From Bugula neritina (Eukaryota; Animalia; Bryozoa), in contig OZ037769.1 in assembly GCA_964035545.1 (NCBI GenBank), forward strand, positions 14,104,633 to 14,168,632: a DNA stretch of 64,000 nt. The letters run 5' to 3'. Every line of letters starts with the position of its first letter. Position 1 is the first letter of the stretch. The notes beneath the pieces are model-generated. The model worked only from the letters and a program-made list of their open reading frames with translations, was not told where the DNA came from and did not search any database. The position numbers and the translations under genes are program-made. Shown piece after piece: positions 29,801-43,200 of this stretch.

Positions 29801-32800
29801 GGAACAATACCAGATCAGCTCCCGTTTCATCAGCACAGCGATGTGTAGAGTTCCGTGCTGCACTGAGTGATACACAACATGGGAGGGGCCAACAGTTTCC
29901 TGTAACGTCAGCTCCCACTCACGTCTGTCCAGTTCGTTTTCCTGAGTCGTTATAACAAACATGTCCGGCACAAACTCGAGACTTTTGGGAAGGATAAAGT
30001 CTTCTATACTGTCATCCAACTGTTTCAACTCATAAATATTCCACGTGCCGACAAATATGTTGATGTTTCTATCGGGAAAAGTGCGATCAAGTTCGGTGGC
30101 GCCCATGACGCTAGAATGAGATTGTTTTTGACCCACAAGGAAATTCTTGTGTCTGGCCGTGGAAATTCTGAGTGACTGTATGCCGGGTGATGATGCTGTC
30201 GTATTCACACTCAAAGTGCTCGCTGACCTTCGCATTGTGTCGTCAGCCGAGGTGCCGATAGCTTCCAGCCCTGGAAACAAACACAATAATATATTACACA
30301 CAAATTGTAACCTAAAATCCATAAATGGGACGACTCCAAATTTCTAGATCAATAATAAAAACTGGTACGAATCAATTTTCTATCTAAACATTAGAACATG
30401 CTAGAATACTAGAACATAATATAGCACCTATTTTACTGCGTATGACTTCCCAGTTACGTTTGCTGGATCTCACGCTTTCACTGATGTTTGGCATGGAGTC
30501 AGATTTTGACATCTGGTTAGGTTTGGTGATGCTACTACTTCTATGGATTGTGTTTGAGGAGGGCTTCGGGCTGGGAAATGCAGGGGCACCACCTCGTCCA
30601 GGACTTGGGAATGCAAGCGCACCCCCTTTTTGAGGACTGGATAGAAGCTTTTCGTAATTGAGTGCCAGCTACAAAAATATGTTTAGTTACTATGAAATTA
30701 TTTATATTAATCAATGTTAAGGAAGACAATATGATATCAAGTTTGGTACATGAAGATGGACATACTGCATTAAATTGAGAAATAAACAGGAAAGAAGACA
30801 ACTCACACGTCCAAGTCAAATTATTTCATATATTCACAAATCATGGGCCTGGCAGCTCATTACTAAACACAAGCAATCAAAAGCAAACATCTGAATTCAC
30901 AATAAAATTCAAATTATATAATACAATATAAACACTAGAATGTTGTAGTGTCATCTGATCAACGACAAATTCTCACTTCATCATTATCTTCGGCATCTTC
31001 GTCCGTTTCCACGACGTCATTCATATCAATCTTGTCGAGAAGTCTGCCAGAAGCGGGAGCAATCGGCTTGAAACTGGTCTCCTCTATAAAGTAGAGAGTT
31101 ACAAATCTCAGAGAATATATACAGAACACAGTTGGCGTAGATATTCTGAATATTATGAGTTTCTGGTCACATGACGGCTTTCTCTACTGACCCATCGTAA
31201 AATGTAAAAAATTTTGCCGCTATTTTCTGCTTTGTGAACCTGACCATAAGCATTGGTCTAAGATTACTGAGGAGACATACTATTCAACTGACTGCAAATA
31301 AACACCAATCAAAACAATGATCATAATTATAATGGACTCGGCAGTTTTTCGCTTATTTACTTGTAAAATCACAAAAGTTCTTCACAAAGTACAGAATTTA
31401 TTATTCTATATATTAATTTAAAAGATGAATCCAACATTTTTTGAAACTCCTCAAATTAGTTAGAATTTATAAATCAATATGTATCATGTAAGCAAAGAGA
31501 TGCGGTATTATCTATTGCACTAAATAAGACTAGTCGCTTTCAGGCAGCTGAAGAAATGAGCTTCACTAGAGTACACCACTAAAGGTAACCTTACCAGAAG
31601 GTAGCCGAAGTTTATCCGTTACTTTGAGGGGTGAGGCGGGTTCGGTTACCACAGTCCCTTCTTCAGCAGAATTCTCATTCTGAGCATTTCTGGAAAGAAA
31701 GAACAAAAATTAGCTAATCCCACAAATGCATCTGGAAAAAGGGTCAGTAATTCTAAAAGTATCCAATATCTATAAACTAATAATAAGGCAATAAAACTAC
31801 TCATTAATTATATTCAGAATGTTGATGACACAAAGAGGAGAGTTAGTGGGCTTTACAATCTAGACCCTAGCATTGCCGAAGCTTAAGACGATTTCATCAA
31901 AACTCTAGCAGAAAAGAAACTGAAATCTTTCCTTTTTTTCTTACTACACTTGCTGTATAATGAATAAGTAAATTTTTTTTTTCATGAAACCACATATGCA
32001 ATCACAGTGTTCATTGGGTAACTTGCTGATCAATAAAATGCCTCAACATATTTACCATTACGCAGTTCACTACGGGCTTCAATTTACTCACTTAGGAGAC
32101 ACACCAGTGGGTTCTACAGCACCATCAGTACTTTTAGTTGGGGTGGGGGTAGACAACACCCCGCAATCATCTATGAGCCTAAGATCTGGAACTTCAGCAG
32201 ACCTGAGAGAGGAAAGAGATCCATTCAGGTTCTGCTTTTCCTTTAGACGGCTCAGGGCCCCTTTGTGTTTCTTCTTACGAGAACTTAACGGAGGTTCTGA
32301 GTCTATAAATATTGTTGAACTCAGGCTATCATTGTGTAAGCTAGTTAATCATCAAGTAACTAAGAACTCAGCTAAAATTGTTTATGAGTAGAAACTGTCA
32401 CAAAAATTCACCAAACACAGACAAAATTATGTTTCTATCGAAAAATGTATGGAAAACATGTACGTGTGGGATTTTAATTCAAAACGCAAATCATCTGTGG
32501 AGTAGAGCTAAAAATAAAATTACAAGTACAGCTAAGAGAATAATTTTAAATAAAATTTGGTAGCCTTGATATGATAGTAAAAGTTGGTGAGGCAGGGTAG
32601 TTATAAAAGTGGAGACATTTAAACTAAAAATAAACTGGATATACACGCAACAGGATGTATTGTAAAGTTTTTTTATTTTTATTACTAGTTTAATTACAAC
32701 ATATAGAGAGCAGTTACAAACTGACATGCAATATGTGCAAGGTCATGGGTTCAAACACGGCCATTTGTGATATCAGGGAGAGCATTAGTCATAATCGCCC

Positions 32801-33881
32801 CTATGCTAATTTGAAAATATCCAAACTATTTAAACTACAATTTTTAGCCAGCTTAAAAATCTTTACCATCTGACATCCTCATAGGGATGGAGAGTTAAAA
32901 CAAACAGACTTGAATCTAATTACACAACAAGCTATTAAATAACCTCAGTTCATAACAAACCTTCCACAGTAACTTCTCCATTTTTAAAAACACTGTCTAT
33001 TTTTTCAACCAGTTTGTCAGTGATCTCTCCATCATAATTTGGTGCCTTTTTAGTTTCTGAGTCATTGATGTCTTCAACATCCGAATCCTGTAGAACTTCC
33101 CTATCCTAATAAGAGGTTGTTATCAATCATCAAAAGAAATGATATCCATTGTACTTGTTTATCCACTACTTGAATGCAAGTGCATAGCAACCTTCCCACA
33201 CTCTATCTCATATTGTATTATACTTTCATATAACAATGCAAGTTGTCCAGCCTATCACAATTTGTAACAAGTATCACAAACAGGCTAAAAATGAAAGCTC
33301 AATCGGTCAATGGGTGCTGCACCATTGATCCTTGTGTTCACAAAGTGGTGTATTTTATATCATAGGCTACTGTATCTATTTAAGTCTTATATAGTGAGAG
33401 TTTACATCCAGTCAAAATCAGCTGCTTGTATTACCAAACAAATTGTTTTTTTAAATAAAAACTGGCTTTCGCACCGTAGTTACATCATATGTCAAAAACC
33501 GGAAAATCTCCAATAGAAGTATATAAACCCGTTGAACAGAAACAAAAGTGTTTTATTGTAAACAAACTCACAAAATTCAAATTAAAACTCAATTTTAAAA
33601 GAGAAACTTGTATAAGCACATGAGACAAAAATAAAGGCGCTAAAACTAACCTCGGGTGTGTGTGCGTCACCGGCAGCGGCATCAAGTATTACTTCATCTG
33701 CTCGTTTCCTGTCTTTAAGTCGAGAGAGACCTGATTTCTTCTTCCTTTTCGGGGTTCCTTCACCGACATCATCAACAGTTATAGGGCTGCCAGCATCAGC
33801 TGGTGCTACTTGATTGATACGTGGGCGTGGCTTAGGTATGGGGGAATCCCTTGGTTCATTGTGTCCATCATCCGACAGCAT
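26864..33881 (-). CDS. INPP5E: Phosphoinositide 5-phosphatase INPP5E (72-kDa type IV), ~762 aa, 9 coding exons
   Basis: Exons 33881-33651, 33105-32961, 32302-32092, 31689-31595, 31083-30977, 30668-30428, 30270-29338, 27654-27494, 27028-26864; phases consistent. 5-phosphatase motifs FVGTWN, FWAGDLNFR, FPPTYKFD, RIPSYTDRILF, SDHKPV. FRRDVYI resembles the FDRxLYL ciliary-targeting motif; C-terminal CaaX CVIC*. Confidence 0.92.
27063..27496. repeat. 22-bp minisatellite (~19-20 units) filling most of INPP5E intron 8
   Basis: Unit cctgaggtagagagtatataca; on the transcribed strand each unit reads pyrimidine tract-CAG|GT. Confidence 0.95.
28495..28625. repeat. Degenerate 10-bp tandem repeat (tcactactga/tcactattag)
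   Basis: Read directly; INPP5E intron 7. Confidence 0.8.
32738..32820 (+). mobile_element. Truncated SINE, family A
   Basis: ggtcatgggttcaaac..ggccatttgtgatatcagggagagcattagtcataat. Confidence 0.6.
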
Positions 33882-35870
33882 ACTTTAATACAAAATAGGA
33901 CGTGTCATATCAACTGTCCAATCAGCAGAAAACTCTCCACAAAGAACAGTAAGCAACGTTTGACACATTTGTTTCTTCAACTCATTAAGCTACCAGCTAC
34001 TAGCTTATAAACTACTAAAAAAGTTGAAATATTTAGTTGATTATTTCTACAGTTTTTGCAAAGCATATTGCCAAAAAATAAAAAAACTGTAACTTCAAAA
34101 CTAAACTACTATTACAACAAAGTGTAAACTTGCTGACTCAGCATACAGGTCATGATTCATTCAGCTTTAATAGCTGCTTCAACACCAGCTGAATGATATT
34201 TAAGAAATATGATTATGTTGTGTACACTGAAATTTTGCTTTGCAACACTTGGGTTATTATAAAAACATCATATTTTAACAATCAAAAGATGAGAAAATAA
34301 AATAACATGTGAACTCTAGTAAAAAAACAACGGGAAGCAAGTTTTTATCACAAGCACAAATACCAACCAAGCATGGCAACACCTAATCATGTTGGTAGAG
34401 GATTGAGTCAAACTAGTGTGTGAAGTGACTAAATAAAAATAATCGAGTTTAAATTCACAATGAGGTGCTCTTTAATAAGTAGTTGGAGGTTCCAAAATTT
34501 ATAGAAGTTTGATTGTTAACCTATTGGCTCAGTTTGTAAAGATCTTGTTTTTGGACTCTGTTTTACAAAGTGTTCAGTCAATAAAGAAGTTAGTTTATTT
34601 TAGAGTGTAGACAAACTTGGCAGACTTTAAACTGAAGACAAGCGAAAAGTTTCCGACTGAACAAAATATAATGTGGGTAGGAAATTTTCATTTTGAAGTT
34701 TAATTACCTAAATATTTATGTTAGTTTTATAACACACAATGACATTAATAAAAAATGTTTAAACAAATTATTATGTCCGTTACCATAATGACTGCAACTC
34801 GATTATTATTAGGAATAAAATCACAGGCAATTAACAACAAAAACAAGATTGTTATTTGTTCACAAATATATACATTACAACAATTAAAATTATATGTGAT
34901 ATTTTCAAGTAGAAATAAAAATAATTGAAAAAATCTAAAAGCAAATAAACATTCAAATTTATAATTTTTCACTACAAGTAGTAGTACTATAGATAAAAAA
35001 TGAAAATCACCATGCAAACCACAAATTGAAATTAGCCAAGTTCAAAATTTATTCCTGCTAGTTCAACTTTCACAAGTTTACTAGTACTAGTAGTAGTTGT
35101 AGTACGAGTAATACTAGTAGTAGTAGCAGAAGTCAATACCATTATGAGTATGCAAAGTTCAACACTATGATTATCATTATCGTTATGTCTGTCAGACTCA
35201 GTGTCACAGATATTGTTAAACTCAATTATGCTGTGAATCAGTTATGTAACTATGATTATCACTATGATATTGATTATTCATTATAATTTTTATAATATTA
35301 TCAATATAAAATTAAACCTGAAGCAAAAACTAAACGTTCAAAGAAAAAAACTATACCTATCACTATAAGTACGATGGTGACCATGGATGAGAATGAGTAT
35401 CAGTATGTGTATCAGTATCACTATGAGTATGATACTCTATGAATATCAACATGATATCGAACAAGTTAATAATGATATTCCGTTTATACTTTAAGTTTAT
35501 TATTCGCCAATCGAGAAACTTAAAGTTAAAGTATAGCTAATAGTAATACTAATAGTAATACTATTACTATTAGCAATACTTATTACTATAAATAGTATAA
35601 ACTTAACTTAAAGTAATAAACAATGTGAATATTCTTTTAACTTTTAAATTTTAAACAGATTATTTTACTACACTAGGTGATATAATTTCACTCAAAAGCA
35701 AAACATGACATTATGATTTTTGTGTAGAACATATACTTACACTGATACTTATATTCATAGATATTGGAATCAGACTGATAAAACACAGACCCTAACTTGA
35801 ATACTAGAGACTAAAGAGAAACAGATAATAAATATTATGAGGCGAAGTAAAAAATGCGAGAGAGCTTGAC

Positions 35871-35885
35871 GTAGCTAATGGCAAC
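35871..35885 (-). promoter_or_regulatory. Candidate RFX X-box upstream of INPP5E
   Basis: GTTGCCATTAGCTAC on the minus strand, about 130 bp upstream of a strong donor (GTAAGT at 35740) that probably ends a non-coding first exon; INPP5E is a ciliary gene. Confidence 0.45.
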
Positions 35886-37257
35886 AAACTTCACTTTGTA
35901 AAAAGTGAGTGACCTCTATACACTCTCCATAAAATGTAGACTGATAGTAAAAATTTAGAGCTTTGTCCGCGAGTCCACTAGTTCATTTAGTTTTTAGCAA
36001 AGTGACCAATCGAATGCTGGGGCTTTTTATCATGTGACCATTAAGCGCGTTATTTGATGGGGACAGGTGGCTCCCAAAACATAGGCGGATAATCACCATC
36101 GTTATGATAATCATATTAATATTCTCAATTCACTCGTTACGCATTTTTATCATTGCAGCAAATTAAAACACAAAATAATGCAAAATTAAATTATGCTAGT
36201 TATATAAGTTTAAATTTAGAAGCGGGAACTAGAAAATTTTAATCAAACTAAAAGACAAACTGAAACTCAAACTGAAAGAAAACTCAAACTGTAAATGTGA
36301 AATACTTAATCTTATACTTACAGTTATACTAATTAAAATACTATTGGTATTAGTTTTACTAATAGTGATAATAATACTAATAGGCTAGTAGTAGTACTAC
36401 TACTAATGGTTGTTATATTAGTATTTATAAGTATCAGTATCAGTATGAGTATGTAAATCACTAAATGTATTACTATTAGTATTAGTAATACTAATACTAA
36501 TAGTAATAGTAATTGTATATTTATACTTGTACTGTTATAGTTATAGTAATAATAATAATTAATAAAAATATTAATAATGAATTAATAAAATATTCATTAT
36601 GATTGTTCATTGAATAAGAATGATAATTTTTGTTGTAATTCTAAAAGTAGAACTAGTTGGTTTTCAAAGTAGAATATTCAACTAGTTAATGTTATTATTT
36701 ATCATTTTATGTTATTAATTAAATTAGAGTAAGAGTGTGTCAGCTATGTAATTTCAACAGGGAATATAATTGTATTTTCTAGTACTGCTTCACTACCAAT
36801 TAATACTATTACTAAGGCAGTTATTGTTAATGTTGCAATATCAATTATAAATACTAATACTAATAGTATTACAGTAATAACTATAAGGTCTCCATTCACC
36901 AGGTAAATAACTAAATTCGTTGCAATGATGATTAATCTTATTAAATTTAATGCTCAAACCCAAATCAAAACTAGGGCATCTACTTGTAATTTTTTATATA
37001 ACAACACTTAAACTTTTGTATCGCAGTTTCAAAACACAATGCATTGCTCAAATTTTCAATAGTATGATACTGATTGTGCTACACTTGTACTTCGAGCTCA
37101 ACTGCCAGTAGTTTAAAAATGTTATAATAAATCTAGCATTATCATTATGATTTGTAGTGTAACTATTAACTATTTCGAGGCTTATTGTAGTCAAAATCCA
37201 ATGCCCTGAACCTGAGGCTTTTAAAAGATACTCCATGCGGCTAATGAATAAAGTTCA

Positions 37258-40200
37258 ATGGCAAGGCGACTTCAATTTACCAGGTTAGTATACACTGTGC
37301 ATTACACTGCATTCATCATTCCCCATCTATTTAACCAACACAATTATGTAACAATTTGATAGCATTTCTGTCAGAATAGTTTTAGTTCTTTGCTTGAATG
37401 TTGTCAGTAGGTTTCAGTCATCAATCATCTTCTTTATTTTTAATCAATTTATTTGGGAGATTTTGTGATCTATGGGTTAGAGCACTAGCTTAGTAGTCAC
37501 GGGTTCAATCTCCAGTAAAGGCCATTGGTTATGTTAGGAAAACGGATCCTTAGCCGGCATAAAAACCTTTCTATCAAGGCTTCTCGTAGGGATGGTGACC
37601 GTAAACTCACGGGATCTTTTTTTATCAATTTATTATATCCAGTTTTACTGGACAATATTTTTCGTCTGCATTGCTTTAGTCCTACGACTGACAGTTCCAA
37701 CGCAGTGCAGACCATGCTGCTAGATCTGGAACATGGCACTCCTACCGCAGTGTACCAACTACACTTTCAGCCTGACCCAGTCTTTCACACTGCTGTCAAG
37801 TCAAACTACGCCAATGGAAAGAGAGCTTGGACTAAAGAAGAAGTAAGTTTTATATTGAAAGGACAACTCCTTATCTTGGAATATTCTTGCCATTTCCGTA
37901 AAGGCTGGCACATTTTGACTAAACGTCAAATGTCAGCCATTTTTAAAAGCATTTGGGGCTGAACCTTGCTACGTGGCACTGCACGATTCAAATAGTTTTG
38001 TCATGCTCCTATTGGACAACGAGTTAGTCTCAAACTCTGCTATTGGTTAAAATCCATGTCATCTTATTGGATATTTATATCGAGTAGGTTAACAATTTCA
38101 TAGCCTCAAAAGATTAACAAATATTTATTAGGCTTTAACTTAAACCTAGCTTATAAAAGTCTAGCTTTCAGCAATTACAAAAACACGCAAACCAACAACC
38201 TAAAGATTAAAAGGGTAGTTTAAATATTTATTTTTCAAATTAGTTTGCATAGTTTTTTAGTAATATATATTTAAAAGAGATTTTTCTTTTAATTGATTCT
38301 ATCTAGTCAATAACATTTATGTCATGCCTTCAGAGAAGAGTGTTGTGACAAATTTGTGAATATTATCCAAAAATATACAAGTCACCTCGGAATAGAAGTT
38401 GCTTAATTCTTGATTGGTTACAATCCAATTTCCAACATTATTTCTGTTCAGTGTGTGACTGTGTATTAAAATTGCTTTGACATTTTATTTTTTACTTTAC
38501 GTTTGCTGTTTAGTCAGTGTGCCCGGGCCTTAAACATATGATTTTGGCATGTTTATTTGTTGATTGAAAAGCGGTCAATGTGATATTGTATGAAGCATGG
38601 CCTTGTCTAAATAGTGAAGGATATCAGGGTGTAGTAATATCCTGTACGTCTGCATTGTGAAGGACAAGCTGCTGTCGAAGGCTGTAGGAGAAACGAGTCC
38701 AGAGGATATAGACTGGAGGAAAGTCAGCGAGCTGTTTCTGTCGAGGAATGCTGGACAGTGTCAGAATCGGTGGGAGAATCACCTTGACCCAGATATCGTG
38801 AAAGGCCCTTGGACTAAGGAGGTGGGTGTAAAATGTCATATAATGTAATATACTCTGTCATATAATATAATATAGTCTGTCATATAATATAATATAGTCT
38901 GTCATATAATATAGTATAGTCTGTCATATAATATAGTATAGTCTGTCATATAATGTAATATAATATAAATATTGCCTGTCATATAATGTAATAATATAGT
39001 CTGTCATATATGTTATGTATCATATAGTATGTGAGATATATGTAATGTTTATTGTATATATGTAATATGGACTATGTTATGTATTATATAATACATTAGC
39101 TCATTTATTATGAAATACCGTATATTATGTAATTTTGTATGTCATATGTGTTCTGCATTATGTAATGTGGTAGGTCGTAATATATAATGTAACATATAAT
39201 ATATATATATATAATACATATTATATATATATATATATATATATATGCTTTAGTAAAACTACAAGTTTTACTATTGCGAAGGTGTACTCTGTTCTGTGCT
39301 GATGAGGGGACAAATCCCGAAACAGCTGCTGTCCACAGATTGAGATATATATATATATAATACATATTATATTATACATATTATATTATACATATTATAT
39401 TATACATAATTATTATATTATACATATTATATTATACAGTATATAATGTTGAAGTGTACATACACCTACTTAAAGTTACAGTCTAGTTAGAGATATCTTA
39501 GCCATAACTGTGGCTGCCTCAACTTAAAATGACAGCATATTGATTAGATAGGGCTGCTTTGTTTCAGCTGTGAATACCCGTTGACTGTCACTGTTTGTCA
39601 ACTCTTGCCATTACAATGGGATGTGTAATGAGTAAACAGTCCCCTTTCTCCATTGTTTTCTCAATGCCTGGGGAATGTATAGTTATAAGATACACATTAT
39701 AATACATCAACAAGGCTTGTGATAACAATAGTATACATATGTAGGATAGGTAGACTATATGTTGGAAAATCGTGCATCCTCTTTGAATAGTGAAATATTA
39801 TATTATGTTTACAAAATAAAAAATGCATCATCAATTTAAGAAAGCAGATTGTATGAGCAACTTGCTGTGTAGTGTGTACTACATTTTTGATATGATGACT
39901 ACATTTCACTTTAGCTGCACTGAGAATATTTGAATAAACTCATTTTTCACTCAAAATTTAACTATTATATTATTTCATTTGTTGAAAAAGTATGGAGTGA
40001 TTTTGCTGTAATTTGCTATAATTTGGAGTTTTCTCCCCTCTTAGTCCAGTGTATTATGGTACCGTGTGGTTATGTTTGCAGGAGGATGAAACAGTGAGCT
40101 CTCTAGTGACGGAGCACGGTGCCAAACGCTGGACGGTGATAGCCAAACATCTCAAGGGTAGAACCGGCAAGCAATGTCGGGAGAGGTTGGTACCCGCCCC

Positions 40201-43200
40201 TCCCTCCCAGCATCTGCTTCTGTGGCTCTCAGTCTACTTAATTACAGAGCAGTATCTTGTCTGCAGCTATTTCAACTAAACTATTGAACAGTTACTGATT
40301 ATTAGATGATGATTAAATGGAACGTATACTGTAGTACTGTACATATGCAGTAGTATAGTTTAGTAAAATATAAACCTCTGGTTAAAGTCTAAAAATTATG
40401 TTTTTTTTCCCATAATTATTACTAGACAACTGAAAATTCTGCAAACACTGCTATTGGTCAATTGAATATGCAAATGAGGCTGTTGGGCGTGTAACAAGGC
40501 TATTTGTCGATTGTGTTTTTAACGGGAGCCGCTATTGGCTGACGTCATGTCACAGTGATTTACAGACTAGCATTACCTCCAGGTGGCACAACCATCTTAA
40601 TCCGGACATTAACAAGTCAGCGTGGACAGACGAGGAGGACAGACTCATCTTTCAGTTGCAGCAGCAGCACGGCAACAGATGGGCTGAGATTGCTAAATAC
40701 TTACCTGGCAGGTGAGTTCTGCACTATTTCATTACTCTAGATCTCACTGTTGGTATCTCTAGATCTCACTGTGGGTATCTCTAGATCTCACTGTGAGTAT
40801 CTCTAAATCTCATTGCCCATTCTCTTCTCTCCGTAGAACCGACAATGCTATCAAGAATCACTGGAACTCCTACCTGAAGAAGAAGAGTGAAGACGAATCC
40901 GGCTACAGGTCCATGTTCACGGATCCTGGTAGCACAGACATGGATACAGACAGCTCTAGCGTGAGTACTTTGTCGTAGGCGGGGTGGGTATGCTACCGCC
41001 CGCATATTCTACTTCCGCTGCAGTGGGATTTCAGGCTACTGAAAGCAATCCAGTTTTAAGTACTAGAGAAGTAGTTAAGTCCATTATTTGTAGAGAAGGA
41101 AGGATTTTTCATTATAACATAATTATTATAGCGTAGACAAAGGGCTGTAATGTTTTTATAAGGTGATACATTGCTAGAACTTTCTACTGCAAATTTTCCT
41201 CATATAGCAATAGTTGTAGTCAAATAGTTAGTTTGAAAAAATTACTGCATGGCATTCCTACTTGTGACAACTTTTCTCTTTGTAAGTTAATTTCCATTGG
41301 CTGCTTTTCTTCTTAGATTATTGTTTTTTTCAACATATAGACTAGTATACAGGGAGACTGGTGTATCCAGAGACTGGTATACATTGTTTTCAGTTTCAAG
41401 TCTTATAAAAACTGATGCTAATTTATAGTCCCCATTCCTGTGAGAAATGGAAAGGTTTTAGTTAAAGTGAGCTAAGGACTTATCTAAATGTGGCACAGGA
41501 ACAATTATGACTGGTTGCTCTTCCTAACATCACCAGTGGCCTTTATTGGGGTTCGAACCCATGACGAGCAAACGCTCTAACTCCTAGACCACGGCTGCTC
41601 CCTTCACATTGCTCTTATCCAATACAATAACTCATTTTGTTATATATTCCCAGTGTTACACTCCCGTATTCAATCACACCTTAACCAACACATCCGGTTA
41701 CAACACTGTCCTCAACCCTATGGCGACTCCGTTCACCCCCCGAGTCAGTGTCCCACACGCCGACACCCCCTTCACGTCCACCAATGACCTCTCCACATCA
41801 GGTAATGTATTTCAGGACCAGTTTGTCTTTGAGATGTTTAATGATTTGTATATCTCTTATGGCAAGTTGTGTTTGTTAAAATAGCAGTTGTTTACAGGCT
41901 GCCATGGTTACGAGCTTTATTATTTTGAAGAATACTCAGCCTATTATACATCATGAAGCAAGTCTAATGGCAATGATAGTTTGCAATAAGGATTTTAATA
42001 AGAGCATTCAGTAATAACATAAAAGTTATTCATAATTTATTGCATGATAATGAATTATATGTAGTAATATGTGACTAAGTACGTTGTGTTAACTGTAGAA
42101 TTGTATGAATGATTTGATTGGTTGTAAATTTCTACGGATGATTTGATTGGCTGTAGACTTCTATGCGAGGATAGACAGCTACTCGCTGTCGACCTTGAAA
42201 AACCGGAAAGGGTTAATACCCCTGACCTCACCGTCCCTCAAACAGCCCTCTATCCTCAAGACGAAACACAAAAAGAGTCGAGCGTCCAAACCGTACGACG
42301 GCAAAAGGGCCGCTAGTTCGAGTGATCGAGTCGAGGGTTCGAGTCATCAAGTCGCTGGTTTAAGTAGTCAAGTTGAGAGCTCGGTTGAGTGTAAAACGTT
42401 GAGTGACTCTGCAGAACTAAACTGCAGCTCACTGGAGTCTCCGCTGCTGTTTAGAGTCAGCAAGAGTGAGAGTTCGTCTTTCTCCCCCTCTCAGGTATTC
42501 AGCTCTATTAGATAACATCTCATCATGTATGACATATGTAGTATCACTGAAGAGTTAGTGCTGAATAACTTGCAAATATACAGTGAATCTTGTCTCCACT
42601 TGCTTCAATTTTAGCAACTGTTGTATGGAGGGAAATGTTTTCTTCGGCGCAGGTTTTCATCAAACAGAGACCTAGCCATGTATCATTAACAAAAGAATTT
42701 CACATTATCACCTCAATTTTTCAAGATTTTCTTTTGAGAGATCATAAATTATGACTTGCCATGACAATTTTTGTTGCCCTGGCTACTGCCTGTAGCCGTG
42801 AAAACATGTTGAATTGGTGTAATTTTGTGTTGTAGTTCTTGAAGACCCCCATAATGGGACGGCAGGCACAACCCCTCCAGGCATTTACATCCACCCCTGT
42901 CTGCAGCAGCGTAGCGCGACCTTTGACACCCGTTAGTGATGCCGACACCGGAATAGATGAGAACACAGACTCTAAATCTCGTATCGACTTCAGGACGCCC
43001 GTCATTAACCGCTCCATGATTCAACAACTTCAGCCCCGCACACCCACGCCCTTTAAAAACCACCTGGCAAGTTTAGAGAAGAAAAGTGGAGTCGTTAAAC
43101 TGGAAGTACGTCCTGTTTCCTGTACTCATTCTTCTGTTCAAACTTTGCAGAGATTTGTCTTGTTTTCTATATACTCGTCAGACTTTGATTGTTTGCTGCG

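Noticed and set aside
29299-32391. Plus-strand ORFs over INPP5E (and minus-strand ORFs over Myb and plus-strand ORFs over Penelope)
   Set aside because: Antisense shadows of real exons with no independent motifs.
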